64,000 bases of DNA, from positions 1 to 64,000 of the IMG/VR virus record IMGVR_UViG_3300028840_008186. The stretch is one strand, 5' to 3'. Numbering within the stretch: position 1 is the stretch's first letter; each line of letters opens with the position of its first letter. The notes below the pieces were generated by a model, which saw only the letters and a program-made list of their open reading frames with translations, made no database searches and had not been told where the DNA came from. Of the stretch, positions 27,944 to 37,585 are shown piece by piece. The DNA comes from a virus. Its lineage: Duplodnaviria; Caudoviricetes. The translations under genes and the position numbers were made by a program.

Positions 27944-28385
27944 TGTCTATCCCATATTCGTGGCAGAGTCTGGTAATATCGTTCCCATACTGATCGTAAA
28001 TAAATCCATTGTTTACATAAGTTCCAAATAATTTATCCACAGTAGACCCAAGCAAAATAGGCTCGGTGTTGAGCGCTTCTACGAATTCCTCATCCCATTG
28101 CTTGATCAGATTGGTATAGTTCTCATACCGTTGTTGTAAATAAATTTGCTTGTATCGAAATTTACTCGCAGCAACAGTACGAAGCAAATCAATGGCGTGG
28201 CGCTTACCGCGCTGAATCGCCCAAAATACCTTTTTATCGTTGGACAGCGGGTAGGACCATCCAAGTTCCATCATAGACTGGAGGGCTGCAAAATCCAGCC
28301 CTCCAGCATCTAATTCGGAAGCCAAGGAACTAAGCGCCTTTTCAAGCAAAAGCGCATGATCCCTAGCTGTTGAAATAGTGGACAT
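27906..28385 (-). CDS. head-tail adaptor-like protein
   Basis: helical 159 aa downstream of capsid. Confidence 0.5.
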   Translation of the reverse strand: MSTISTARDHALLLEKALSSLASELDAGGLDFAALQSMMELGWSYPLSNDKKVFWAIQRGKRHAIDLLRTVAASKFRYKQIYLQQRYENYTNLIKQWDEEFVEALNTEPILLGSTVDKLFGTYVNNGFIYDQYGNDITRLCHEYGIDNDGYRTRYCGSH

Positions 28386-28397
28386 TACAGACCCCTA

Positions 28398-28667
28398 TTA
28401 CTTCTTTCGTCGGCGACTCGGCTTGGGCTCTTCCGTTTCCGTGTCCAGCTCGCTCCCCTGATCGAGAGTCGTGGTATCTTTCGGGGGAGAAGTCGCTTTT
28501 TTGGGTTTGGGATCCGGCGAGAGCACAGTGATCGTAGGCTTGCCCCGATCTATCTCATCATAGATCTTGGGGTGAAATTCCTTCTCCGCATCACTGTGAA
28601 CTCCCGGATTCATATACACGCCGCGTCCTAGTTTCAACCTTGCATTGACTCTAATTTCCATATCCAT
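28398..28667 (-). CDS. small capsid-adjacent protein
   Basis: AAGGAGG RBS; low-complexity P/K/T tail. Confidence 0.6.
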   Translation of the reverse strand: MDMEIRVNARLKLGRGVYMNPGVHSDAEKEFHPKIYDEIDRGKPTITVLSPDPKPKKATSPPKDTTTLDQGSELDTETEEPKPSRRRKK

Positions 28668-28690
28668 TCCTCCTTGGACTGAACTATGGC

Positions 28691-29923
28691 TTATTCAGCC
28701 ACGGTCATGGTGTAAATAGCGTCCGGATGGTACAATACCGGAAGGCCCTTATTTTGGACTCGAGTCCAAATGCCTTCCGGATCCCATTCGTCCTTCGTAT
28801 CGGCGTACATGCCCCAGTGGCGCTCGTTGCCAAACGGAGATTCCATGAATTCAGCGATCTTCTCGCCTTCCATAGTATCCGCGAACATGACGAACTTGGT
28901 ATCCGGGACGAACTTTTTCCGCATCACTAACCGGTCCTGTGTAGCTACATAGGAACTGGATGTGGCGCTGGAAAGAGTAATGGTATTGGTAGAAAGCGCG
29001 ATCGAACTAATCGTCACATCTTCCCACGTAAACGGTTCGCTCATGTCATAGATGCGGGCGCTCTCACCGGCCTCGAAATCCGTTGCGTCTTCAACTACCA
29101 CTGTGGCAGAAGTAGAACAATCAGAAGTCAGCCAGCTGGAGACTTCGTGCATCTCATCATACACATAGAGCGTACCAGCTCCCAAAAGCGTGCCGATAAC
29201 CCGGGCCGGATCTCTGAACATATCGCCTTCGCCGAACGCGCTCTTTTTGAGCAGGTTCTGAAGATCGTCATTGAACAAGAGAGCCCGAAGAATCTGCGTA
29301 TTGCAGATGAAATAGTTCGGGTCGGTTCCGGTATTGTCCCGGAAGGTCACCTTGGCATCAAAAATATCCGCAATCGGCGTGGCTGAAGAACCCGCACCGG
29401 AAGAGGCACGATCCCAAAGGTCAGTAGTTGTAAGGGTTTCTTGGTGGACGCTCGGTAGGCCGTAATCAACGGTGAATTTCACGCCGCCAATAGCCTGATA
29501 GGTAAACGACCCATCGAAAAGCATCTTGGCCAGCATCCATTCTCGTCTGCGATCACAGCGAACCTTCAACCGATTCAATTTCCGAGCCAATTGCCGCTCG
29601 GCTGTGTAATAGGTTGCCTCAGTCAAAGGCGCTCGAAGGTTATTGAGCATAACTTCGTCGATGAAGGTTTTCTCCTTCCAGTAGGCTGCTCGCGCAGAAC
29701 CTTCGGAGTAAATTCCCTCATCTCCCATCACTGGAGCCGGAGAACCGGGAGCGACAAACGGGGTCAGTCCCACAGTCCCCATCTCCAGGATCCATCTGAT
29801 AGTGTCAGAAGCGTACTGCTGACTCGGGAACAGGTTTGTAAAAAACAAGTTCCTAGCAGATGGCAATTTCTCAATTACCTTATTGAGAACTTCCAACTGT
29901 AGTGGTTCAGGAACTCCTTTCAT
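28691..29923 (-). CDS. major capsid protein (lambda gpE-like, HK97 fold) with inserted beta domain
   Basis: LFP...; PFVAPGSP; RRREWM..KML..G; VDYG; PIADI; WDPEG......GLPVL..PD. Confidence 0.9.
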   Translation of the reverse strand: MKGVPEPLQLEVLNKVIEKLPSARNLFFTNLFPSQQYASDTIRWILEMGTVGLTPFVAPGSPAPVMGDEGIYSEGSARAAYWKEKTFIDEVMLNNLRAPLTEATYYTAERQLARKLNRLKVRCDRRREWMLAKMLFDGSFTYQAIGGVKFTVDYGLPSVHQETLTTTDLWDRASSGAGSSATPIADIFDAKVTFRDNTGTDPNYFICNTQILRALLFNDDLQNLLKKSAFGEGDMFRDPARVIGTLLGAGTLYVYDEMHEVSSWLTSDCSTSATVVVEDATDFEAGESARIYDMSEPFTWEDVTISSIALSTNTITLSSATSSSYVATQDRLVMRKKFVPDTKFVMFADTMEGEKIAEFMESPFGNERHWGMYADTKDEWDPEGIWTRVQNKGLPVLYHPDAIYTMTVAE

Positions 29924-29962
29924 GTTTTTACCTCCTTAAAGTTGGTGTTCGATCTCCAACGA

Positions 29963-30730
29963 TTACGTCAAAATGTAGAATTGACCATCTTCCGTAAGGC
30001 CGAGATCGGTTTCAGCTTGTGTATCGCAGTTCACCAAAGAATCCGAATAAAGGATAGCATTGGAGATCACCACCGAGCCAAGCGCACCGCCCTGATCTTC
30101 AAAACCGGTGTCGATAGTCTGATCCAAAATGAATTCCGCTTTGTTCTGTGCCTTGGCCAGTTCCTCACCCGAAGAATCGGTGGAGCTGCCGGCATCTTGG
30201 CGCAGAAAGATTCGGGCCTTATTGCCCGGAGTAAAATTACCAGACACCGAAGCCCCTACGGTTAGCGTAGCCTGATAATCGTAAGTGGTCCGATCGATGG
30301 CCGTGATATAACAACTCTCAGGAGAGTCGCTATTATCCTCGAGGATACATTCATCCCCGACCTTAAACATCCAAGACCTCTCAAGATCCACATACACCGT
30401 GGTCCCGCCATTGGGATCTGCCAACACTGGACAGCAGCCCGGGGTGTCTGCGTGATCGATCGAGGACGGGTCCGAAGTGACCGGCATATAAGGAATAAGA
30501 ACGCCCTGCGCCTCATCCCCATTGGGATCGGCCTGGTTACGGATCTTAGCCATAACCTGCCCAGCTTCGAGAATGCCAAATCCGCCCCGAATCGTCTTGG
30601 GTAGGATCAAAGCAATATCTCGCTGAGAATAGAACAAGCGCTTCTCGGTATACCGAGTAGTGCCTGTTAGCGACTGCTGAGGAATGGCCCCAGACAGCCC
30701 TGCAGTAGTTTTATTCGGTCCAACTGGCAT
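29963..30730 (-). CDS. head decoration protein (gpD-like) with inserted beta domain
   Basis: GILEAGQVMA...LIPY and AEFILDQ.ID; directly upstream of capsid gene. Confidence 0.7.
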   Translation of the reverse strand: MPVGPNKTTAGLSGAIPQQSLTGTTRYTEKRLFYSQRDIALILPKTIRGGFGILEAGQVMAKIRNQADPNGDEAQGVLIPYMPVTSDPSSIDHADTPGCCPVLADPNGGTTVYVDLERSWMFKVGDECILEDNSDSPESCYITAIDRTTYDYQATLTVGASVSGNFTPGNKARIFLRQDAGSSTDSSGEELAKAQNKAEFILDQTIDTGFEDQGGALGSVVISNAILYSDSLVNCDTQAETDLGLTEDGQFYILT

Positions 30731-30762
30731 GATATACCTCCGTTAGTTAAATGTTTCTCGGA

Positions 30763-32133
30763 TTAGCTCTGGTCTTTGTTATCGCCGGTGACGTAACCGA
30801 CCATACGATCCGAAAGTTTCTCTGCCTTACTTTCCTTGTCGCCGGAGTTGCCCTCGCCAGTGCTCATACCTTGAACCGGCTGACCCTTGAAAGTATCAGC
30901 CAAGTCAGTTTCCCAGCTCTTGATCTCATTCTTAACGGCTTCCCTGAACTTTTCCTCATTCAGAGCGCCTTCCTCGACGAAATCATCGTGCCGGACCTGA
31001 GCTTTCACCCTCTTGTAAAGACGGGATGGGATATAGCTATCATTCAACGCCTCATCAAAAAGAGACGAGGCATGAGCAGCCAAATCCTTCTCGGTACGGA
31101 TGGCTTCAGACTTCTCCAGTTTTGCGATGCGGTCTGCATTCGCCTTGTCGGACTCGGAAAGTTGCTCATTGGCTTCTTGCAAAACAGCCAATTTCCGATC
31201 CTTGTCGGCCAGCTCAGTCTGCACCGCAGCTTTGGCACCCTCTTCAAGCTGGGCGACCAACTCTGGATACTTCTCTCTGAGTTCATCAATTGTCATTTCC
31301 TTACCTCCTTGACCAGTGTTGTCATCTCCCTCAGATGATCCTTCATTCAATTCCACATTGGATTGTGATGCATTACTTTTATCATAATGCTTCAGAATTT
31401 CAAGGTCAAGCTCTTTCTCCTCGGTATCATTGAAAACCGAGACGCTGGTATGTTTATCAGCTCCGAAAGTACAGACTGAAGCTTCCCTTACTAAGCCTTT
31501 TCTGAAGATAGTAGCGGGGCCTTTCATCTTGAATCCGTTCACTTCCCCTTTTTCACCTTCGCCAATCTCTTCAATTACAGTGGGACGAACTGAAATGGAA
31601 GCCTCGTATGGAAATCCGTCTTTTGCATTCTGGTAGAATTCCTCCGCGTCTTTGTTAGTGAGAAGTTCAATGTCCTCCACTTCAATCGCGTTGTTCTCTA
31701 CATTGGGCTTAATCTTGGAGAAGCCTATCTTGCGTTCTCCAAGATGCTCTTCCAAAATCGGGAAAGACCCTTTGTTGAATTCCATACCAGCTACATCGAT
31801 AGCCAAGTCACCCCACATCCAATGCCCTTTAATAGGCTTGCCGCTATAAGCAACCATAGAGAATTTCTTTTTGTCATCCTCGGTCGCTTCTGAAAAAGTA
31901 AACTGCCCCGGCTCTTTAAAAAAAAGAGCATTCCTGGGGATCTTGCGCGTCTCCTTCATACGCCCCTCCGTGAATTTTGAGTTAGCAACCCTTATTGCTT
32001 TTCCTTCACAATCCTTGCCGCCTTCCTTCTTACACTTCCTCAAAACCTCATTAGCGATCTTCGCCCATTTCTTGGCTTGCTCTTTGGAGAGCCCCTTCTT
32101 ATGCTTTTTCGCATCTTCAGCTTTCCAGGGCAT
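30763..32133 (-). CDS. ChaB-like domain + prohead protease + scaffold fusion
   Basis: MPW...W..IAN.VL....D.EGKAIRVANS; AYSG, PILEEH, YEASIS, EASVCTFGAD; coiled-coil C-terminus. Confidence 0.8.
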   Translation of the reverse strand: MPWKAEDAKKHKKGLSKEQAKKWAKIANEVLRKCKKEGGKDCEGKAIRVANSKFTEGRMKETRKIPRNALFFKEPGQFTFSEATEDDKKKFSMVAYSGKPIKGHWMWGDLAIDVAGMEFNKGSFPILEEHLGERKIGFSKIKPNVENNAIEVEDIELLTNKDAEEFYQNAKDGFPYEASISVRPTVIEEIGEGEKGEVNGFKMKGPATIFRKGLVREASVCTFGADKHTSVSVFNDTEEKELDLEILKHYDKSNASQSNVELNEGSSEGDDNTGQGGKEMTIDELREKYPELVAQLEEGAKAAVQTELADKDRKLAVLQEANEQLSESDKANADRIAKLEKSEAIRTEKDLAAHASSLFDEALNDSYIPSRLYKRVKAQVRHDDFVEEGALNEEKFREAVKNEIKSWETDLADTFKGQPVQGMSTGEGNSGDKESKAEKLSDRMVGYVTGDNKDQS

Positions 32134-33785
32134 TATTCAGACTCCGACTTGGGCGCTTTCTTTTCTTCACCCTTATTCTGCTCTTCGATCTCCTGCGCCT
32201 TTTCTTGATCAAGAGTCATCTTATCTTTGGGGTAGAGGTACTGCTCTAAAGCATGAAGCTTCCTTAAGCTTGGGTAATTATGAAAGCCCAAGCGCTCCGC
32301 TACCGCCTCCCTGGGAATTCCCAGAGTATCTACCAAGGAACCATGCTTAACCCCTAACATTGCCTTCGCGTGGGACTCAATGTCTTCTAATCTGGAAACC
32401 GGGAGCGATACGGATACCAATTTATAAGCTGGTTTTTGAACCTTCTTAATAACAGGTTTAAGACCATCTTCCCCTTCCGGATCGCCTTCATATCCAATTA
32501 CGTCATCAACTCTACGATTTTCCTTGAAGTTAGTTGCAGCTGATTTCAATTTCAGAATCGGACGCCAAAAGTTGTATCTCAGAAAGGTCTTGAAGTACGA
32601 CAATTCATCATTGATTCGATCGCCCTGCGGTCCTTGAGCAGCCTTAACTGAAGCGTAGGTACTCTTATAATCTCCTAGCATCATATCCTGGGGCTTGTTC
32701 AGGCCGGAGGAAACCATCTGCATAATATCGGTATCCTGATCGGAGATCGATGGTAAGCTAGGATTCTGAACCTCTAGCTTCATACCAGGAGGAAGTACTA
32801 AAGTGCCCCCAGGTTCCTTGGGCTGCAGAATACCGGTGGAACTTCGTTGGTCCTCTGTCAAAGCCAGCCAGGAACGGAACGCCCGAACGTCCTCCATTGT
32901 GATAACCCATAGATAGGCACCGCTCGATTTCTTGTGATCAATCTCGTATTTCTTCAACTCCTCATAATAGTTCAGCCATTCAATGGTAGTCCGAATATGA
33001 GAGACGTTTCGACGGGTTAGCATGCTGCGGTCCCACCGCACTATAAACCGATAGTACCCGCCAATCTTTTCCAACTTCTTATTATTGGACTTGCTTTTCT
33101 TGAGCTTGTCGGATTTATATGCTGAGTGTTGTTTGACTGCGTTTTCCAGTTCCGGAAAGTACGCAATGTTTATAGAGGGAACCAAAAGCTTTTCCGAACT
33201 CAACAACTTATCCGTCTTCTCAAATTGCACATTGTAAAACAACGGCAGGGTTTGTTTTACCGGATGGAAAATAATACCGGAGCCCTTGTCCGCTCCTACC
33301 AACGAATCCGGTGATATGAAATCGACTTCTACAAACCCATCGTTGTGAATCGTGAGCATCAAGAAGAGTTCCCCTTCTATCTCTGCCCTGCCCACGAACT
33401 TGGGAAAGTTCTCACACAAAGCATTCCTGGGATCTTCCATCGTCTCATCAATGGCTTCTTGTATATCCGGGACTTCTGAATAGAAACCAAACCCCCAACC
33501 AGCCATCCGGCCCATAATATCCCGGACGTGAGAACCGATCTGTGGATTCTTCTCGAACTTGTTCCAACATTGCTTGCGGAGGTTCCGGAGATCGTACTCC
33601 CCTTCATTGTAAGAGGTGGAAACAGGGAATCCATCGGAGTCGGTCTTTTTCACTGTTGCAGAAGCATGACTGAATAACGGGAATGAAAACTGAATCTGCC
33701 GGAGGGTATCATCCGGCAGCTTCATAAGACTATGCGCTACATCATCATTCCCCAAAGCAGCTAAAGGGTATTTAGTGCGAGGCAT
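32133..33785 (-). CDS. portal protein
   Basis: 550 aa between TerL and protease; EIEGELF, PGGTLVLPPG, TYAS. Confidence 0.85.
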   Translation of the reverse strand: MPRTKYPLAALGNDDVAHSLMKLPDDTLRQIQFSFPLFSHASATVKKTDSDGFPVSTSYNEGEYDLRNLRKQCWNKFEKNPQIGSHVRDIMGRMAGWGFGFYSEVPDIQEAIDETMEDPRNALCENFPKFVGRAEIEGELFLMLTIHNDGFVEVDFISPDSLVGADKGSGIIFHPVKQTLPLFYNVQFEKTDKLLSSEKLLVPSINIAYFPELENAVKQHSAYKSDKLKKSKSNNKKLEKIGGYYRFIVRWDRSMLTRRNVSHIRTTIEWLNYYEELKKYEIDHKKSSGAYLWVITMEDVRAFRSWLALTEDQRSSTGILQPKEPGGTLVLPPGMKLEVQNPSLPSISDQDTDIMQMVSSGLNKPQDMMLGDYKSTYASVKAAQGPQGDRINDELSYFKTFLRYNFWRPILKLKSAATNFKENRRVDDVIGYEGDPEGEDGLKPVIKKVQKPAYKLVSVSLPVSRLEDIESHAKAMLGVKHGSLVDTLGIPREAVAERLGFHNYPSLRKLHALEQYLYPKDKMTLDQEKAQEIEEQNKGEEKKAPKSESE

Positions 33786-35664
33786 GGTTTACTCCGTATT
33801 TCCCGTGAAGGTTACGTTTGTTGGAGAAGAAGGTCCCAAAATCAGCGGAACCTTTCCTTTCCCGGAAATGCCCAACTCCAAGGTTCCGTCCTCCATATAT
33901 ACACCACCCCAATGAAAACACGGAGTCATCCTGAACTCCGTCCTTTTCGTCCTTCTCTGGGGTGCCATACCATTTCTTTTGGGAATCATAATCGAATATC
34001 TTCAGCTCCTCGTCCAATATGTCTTCGTTCTTGGAGCCGGGAACGCCTACTAAAGGTGCCTTAAATCGCCCCTCTGCAGAGACGACATAGAGTTCGGTGA
34101 AGCACTTTTTCTGCTTCTCATAACTTGGGAACGTCGCCTCGAATTCAATTTCAAGCTCCTCGCACCAGGGAGCGAGGTCCCAGCATCCCCATCGCTCGGC
34201 GCAGAGCGTATCGATTCCATCGAATTCCGCGTAGGCATCCCGAAGGACAGATTTGATGCCTTCGAGCGTCGATCCCTCGACGTGATCGAGCGCAAGGAGG
34301 AAGTAGATGTAGTTGGGTACATTCTTTTCATGATCGTAGATAACTCCTTTGTTCTTGCTGTCTCTCAGTCCCTTAGCGACTACTGTGACGATCGTCCGCG
34401 CCATTCCTTCGGCAGCCATCGGATCTGCGCGGTCAATCCCCGCAAGTATCGCCCAGTCCGTATTGTAGATTTTACTGAGCTTTACCAAATCCTCGTTTTC
34501 GGCCATCATAGGGATGCCGTTACGTTGGAGATGGTAAACCTCATCTACAGGAACCAGTCTTTTCTCTATTGTATTGATCTGTTCCAAGAAAGTCAATCTG
34601 TTTTTGTTTTTAGTACGCCGACTTCGCCTTTTTGCTTGTTTATTATAGGTTCCGGAACGCTGTCTTTCCTTATTTAAAAGCGTTTGCCTCTCTTCGCAGA
34701 CCTCTCTTACCAATAGCGGATCGCACCCTATCTTCCCATCAATCCCTATATAGCGGAGCGAATCTACAATGGGTTCCGGGAACAGCTTGCCCGCAGCTGC
34801 ATCCCATGTGTTCTTGAAGTACTGATTGTATTCTGGAGTTGGAAACCGGTAGGAGTACGACTTCAATTGCTCTTGGGTCATCAACGGATGCCAAAAATCA
34901 GTAAAGTGGGCCTCTGGGGAATTCCGATAATTGAAATACAGCGTTCTATCAGACCCTGCCAAGTGAGCTTTGTACAGCTGGTACAGAATGTGGTCCTTCT
35001 TAGACACGGTCGAGTCAATAACTCCCAATGCATTGGGAATGTTCCGCGTCGATCCGTCCAGCTGTACAAAGAACTTGGGATTCGTCATGTCAAAGATTTC
35101 TGAAAAAGAGTACCCGGTAATGTTGGACACAATACCAGAAAACGAGGAGATAGCGCGGATGGTAGAAATGATACCGTTGTCCTCCGCGCTTCTGAGATTG
35201 ACTTGCTTCTCCTGAATATTCTTGTGCCCTATCACCTGGAGTAGCTCCGGGGAATTCCGGATTGTATCGGTTATAATATCATAGTGGACAAACTTTACCT
35301 GGTCGCGGGAGTTGGCCCCGAGAACGATCTGCTGGTTGGGGAAGCAAAAGAACTTCCACATCTGTATCAGACATACTAGAAAAGACTTGCCCTCGCCCCG
35401 CATCCAGCACAAAACGATAAGCCGGTGCTTGAACTTACCATTGCGCATCTCCAGGGCCTCATGCAGTATATCTTTCTCAGCTTGCCAGAACTCCGCCCAA
35501 CTCCTCCCGGTGTCCGGATCCTTCTCCGTAGGCAGATCCCCCATCAACCGCCATTCTGAGTGGTGGGTCCCGGGAATGGGGATCTTAACGCGGACGTTTT
35601 CCTCCGCCCATAACGTCATGCCCTCGCCGCCGTTTTGGTACTGATCTAATTTGCCAAAGTCCAT
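33772..35664 (-). CDS. terL: terminase large subunit
   Basis: Walker A MRGEGKS, ANSRDQ, IDST coupling motif, nuclease AGID and QDDSVFS. Confidence 0.88.
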   Translation of the reverse strand: MDFGKLDQYQNGGEGMTLWAEENVRVKIPIPGTHHSEWRLMGDLPTEKDPDTGRSWAEFWQAEKDILHEALEMRNGKFKHRLIVLCWMRGEGKSFLVCLIQMWKFFCFPNQQIVLGANSRDQVKFVHYDIITDTIRNSPELLQVIGHKNIQEKQVNLRSAEDNGIISTIRAISSFSGIVSNITGYSFSEIFDMTNPKFFVQLDGSTRNIPNALGVIDSTVSKKDHILYQLYKAHLAGSDRTLYFNYRNSPEAHFTDFWHPLMTQEQLKSYSYRFPTPEYNQYFKNTWDAAAGKLFPEPIVDSLRYIGIDGKIGCDPLLVREVCEERQTLLNKERQRSGTYNKQAKRRSRRTKNKNRLTFLEQINTIEKRLVPVDEVYHLQRNGIPMMAENEDLVKLSKIYNTDWAILAGIDRADPMAAEGMARTIVTVVAKGLRDSKNKGVIYDHEKNVPNYIYFLLALDHVEGSTLEGIKSVLRDAYAEFDGIDTLCAERWGCWDLAPWCEELEIEFEATFPSYEKQKKCFTELYVVSAEGRFKAPLVGVPGSKNEDILDEELKIFDYDSQKKWYGTPEKDEKDGVQDDSVFSLGWCIYGGRNLGVGHFRERKGSADFGTFFSNKRNLHGKYGVNHASH

Positions 35665-35677
35665 ATCAGTGCTCCAT

Positions 35678-36037
35678 CTATATTGTAGTAGAATCGCAGT
35701 TGTAGTAGTAGTAGGCAGATGGATTCGAATAGGGGTAGGCGCAAGTCCGCCACCGCATCCGCATCCTCACAACAGGCTGGGGCCGTTGAATAATCTTCAT
35801 CTTTTTAACCTCACCCCAAACTGCATTGATCTCCTTCGCCTTCTCAGGATCTCCCCCGTGATCAGGGTGGTGGCGTGTGATTGCTTTCTTGTACGCCGCT
35901 TTGAGGATCCTTTTGAGTTCTTCCAAGGTCTGCACCGCCTCTGCGTAACCCATTCCAGAGCGAATAGGCGGCAGGGAAGCTGGATCGCACTCTAAAATAC
36001 CACATACATCCATCATAGTATACTGCTTATTTTGCAT
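35678..36037 (-). CDS. J-domain (DnaJ-like) protein
   Basis: AYKKAITRHHPDHGGDPEKAKEINAVW (HPD motif). Confidence 0.85.
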   Translation of the reverse strand: MQNKQYTMMDVCGILECDPASLPPIRSGMGYAEAVQTLEELKRILKAAYKKAITRHHPDHGGDPEKAKEINAVWGEVKKMKIIQRPQPVVRMRMRWRTCAYPYSNPSAYYYYNCDSTTI

Positions 36038-36264
36038 TACTCCTCCCTGGTTGCAGCCCAATCCCATGCCCCCTTCTCTGTAAGTGAAGGGGGTCCCAGG
36101 TATCTACACCGGGGGCACCGCGCCCGGTATTCTGGATTTCCCAGATTCTTACGCGAGCGGCACTCCAATCTTTGCCCGCAGTGCGGACATAGTACCAATC
36201 TCTCCGAAGTCGAGTGGTCCTCCGACTTCCTTTCTTTCAATGTCTTCGGCTTCATACCGGACAT
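36037..36264 (-). CDS. small Lar-like zinc-ribbon protein (true start probably near 36198)
   Basis: CPHCG...CPRC..GP...T...A..W. Confidence 0.5.
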   Translation of the reverse strand: MSGMKPKTLKERKSEDHSTSERLVLCPHCGQRLECRSRKNLGNPEYRARCPRCRYLGPPSLTEKGAWDWAATREE

Positions 36265-36541
36265 ACATCACCTCAATTATCAATGCATTGTTCGTGCGGG
36301 TCTGAAACTCATGCCATTCCCCTGGTTTGGTCTGGAACACCTGCCCGCGCCTTACCGTGGTAATCCCATCCTCCGTCTTTATGAACAGTTCACCTTCCAA
36401 GACATAAAACAAGTTGTACTTGGCCTGGTGCCGATGCCACGAACACCTTTGCATAGGCTCAAGCCGCAGAACTGAAACCTCACACAAATCGTTGCAAAAG
36501 ATATTCTCCTTCTCACCCCATGTCTTGCGTGTTCTTTCCAT
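36149..36541 (-). CDS. cupin domain protein (sugar isomerase-like)
   Basis: KTWG; CSWHRH..K.N.FYVLEG; PGEWHEF; IIEV. Confidence 0.8.
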   Translation of the reverse strand: MERTRKTWGEKENIFCNDLCEVSVLRLEPMQRCSWHRHQAKYNLFYVLEGELFIKTEDGITTVRRGQVFQTKPGEWHEFQTRTNNALIIEVMYVRYEAEDIERKEVGGPLDFGEIGTMSALRAKIGVPLA

Positions 36542-36565
36542 AAGACTGCATCTCCTTTCCAATTT

Positions 36566-37231
36566 TTAAAACTTTGCACCTGTACCCTCTTTCATGTCCT
36601 TGCCTTTGGTCCGTTTGGGAGTCTGGGGTTTGCCCATCAACGCTTCCAGGTACTCTTCTTGTACTGTGGGTGGCTTGGGTATACACTTTTTGCCCCCTTT
36701 ACGCCGCTGTGCAATCCGACCCCAGTGCCTGTCTATGGAATCGCAGGTTTTCCTGAACTCCCTATACACTGGGTGCACACGGCTGGAATCTTCAGGATCC
36801 CGGGACCATCCGTCCAACCGCAACATCTCCATCTTATGCCTCCAAAGATTATTATACAAAGGCACAAGGTTGAAACCGATAACCACAACCTTATCCCAAT
36901 CTGGTCCTGAAACCTCCATAAGCTGCAATGCAGAAGTAATTACAGCTCGCAAATAGTACTTTTGCAAAAGACACCATTTCCATCTGATTCCTGAAATGGG
37001 CATAGCCTTCTTTTCACTATTGCGAGCGTAGGTGCAAGGACGTAAGGGACATTCTATCTCCCGGCATTCCTCTAGGTGATCCCAAAACACCAAGTTATAC
37101 CCTTCAGGATCCCCTGTAGGCCACTTGCCTCTGTGAATGGTATCCCGTCCCATCTTGTCTATAAGCTGTGGGGGAAGCTTGAACTTTCGGAATGCTTTGG
37201 AATTAGTTGGCGATGTGAGTGTAACTCCCAT
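36566..37231 (-). CDS. putative terminase small subunit
   Basis: first gene of late operon, AAAGGAGGAGG RBS; VHPVYREFRK..DSI..HW resembles the P27-type TerS C-terminus. Confidence 0.45.
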   Translation of the reverse strand: MGVTLTSPTNSKAFRKFKLPPQLIDKMGRDTIHRGKWPTGDPEGYNLVFWDHLEECREIECPLRPCTYARNSEKKAMPISGIRWKWCLLQKYYLRAVITSALQLMEVSGPDWDKVVVIGFNLVPLYNNLWRHKMEMLRLDGWSRDPEDSSRVHPVYREFRKTCDSIDRHWGRIAQRRKGGKKCIPKPPTVQEEYLEALMGKPQTPKRTKGKDMKEGTGAKF

Positions 37232-37294
37232 ACCCCTCCTCCTTTCAGTTGTAAACGGTTGGGCTGTACTTCTTGAAGAAGCTGCATCCCTTAA

Positions 37295-37323
37295 ATTGTA
37301 GCTAAAACCCTCGGAAGAGTAAA
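37295..37323 (-). promoter_or_regulatory. sigma70-like promoter of the late operon
   Basis: TTTACT-17 bp-TACAAT about 65 bp upstream of the first late gene. Confidence 0.55.
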
Positions 37324-37585
37324 CCTACTTCCTTTTGTGGTTCGAGTCTGCAGAACAGTATGTACCTGGGAAGGTGTAAGACTCTACTAGGACTATGTAC
37401 ATACCTGTGGGGTCAATACTCTGTGTGCACAGAATTTTGCGGTGGGTACCCCTGGCCTAGAGTAAGAAGGCGGAAAAACTCTTTAGAGAAGGGGGGTCGG
37501 ATTCTAAGGCTAAAACCTCCCGGACGGTACCGCCTCCCGGACGGGTAAAACCTAAAACCTAGTACTTAAGAAGGGAGAGAGAAAA

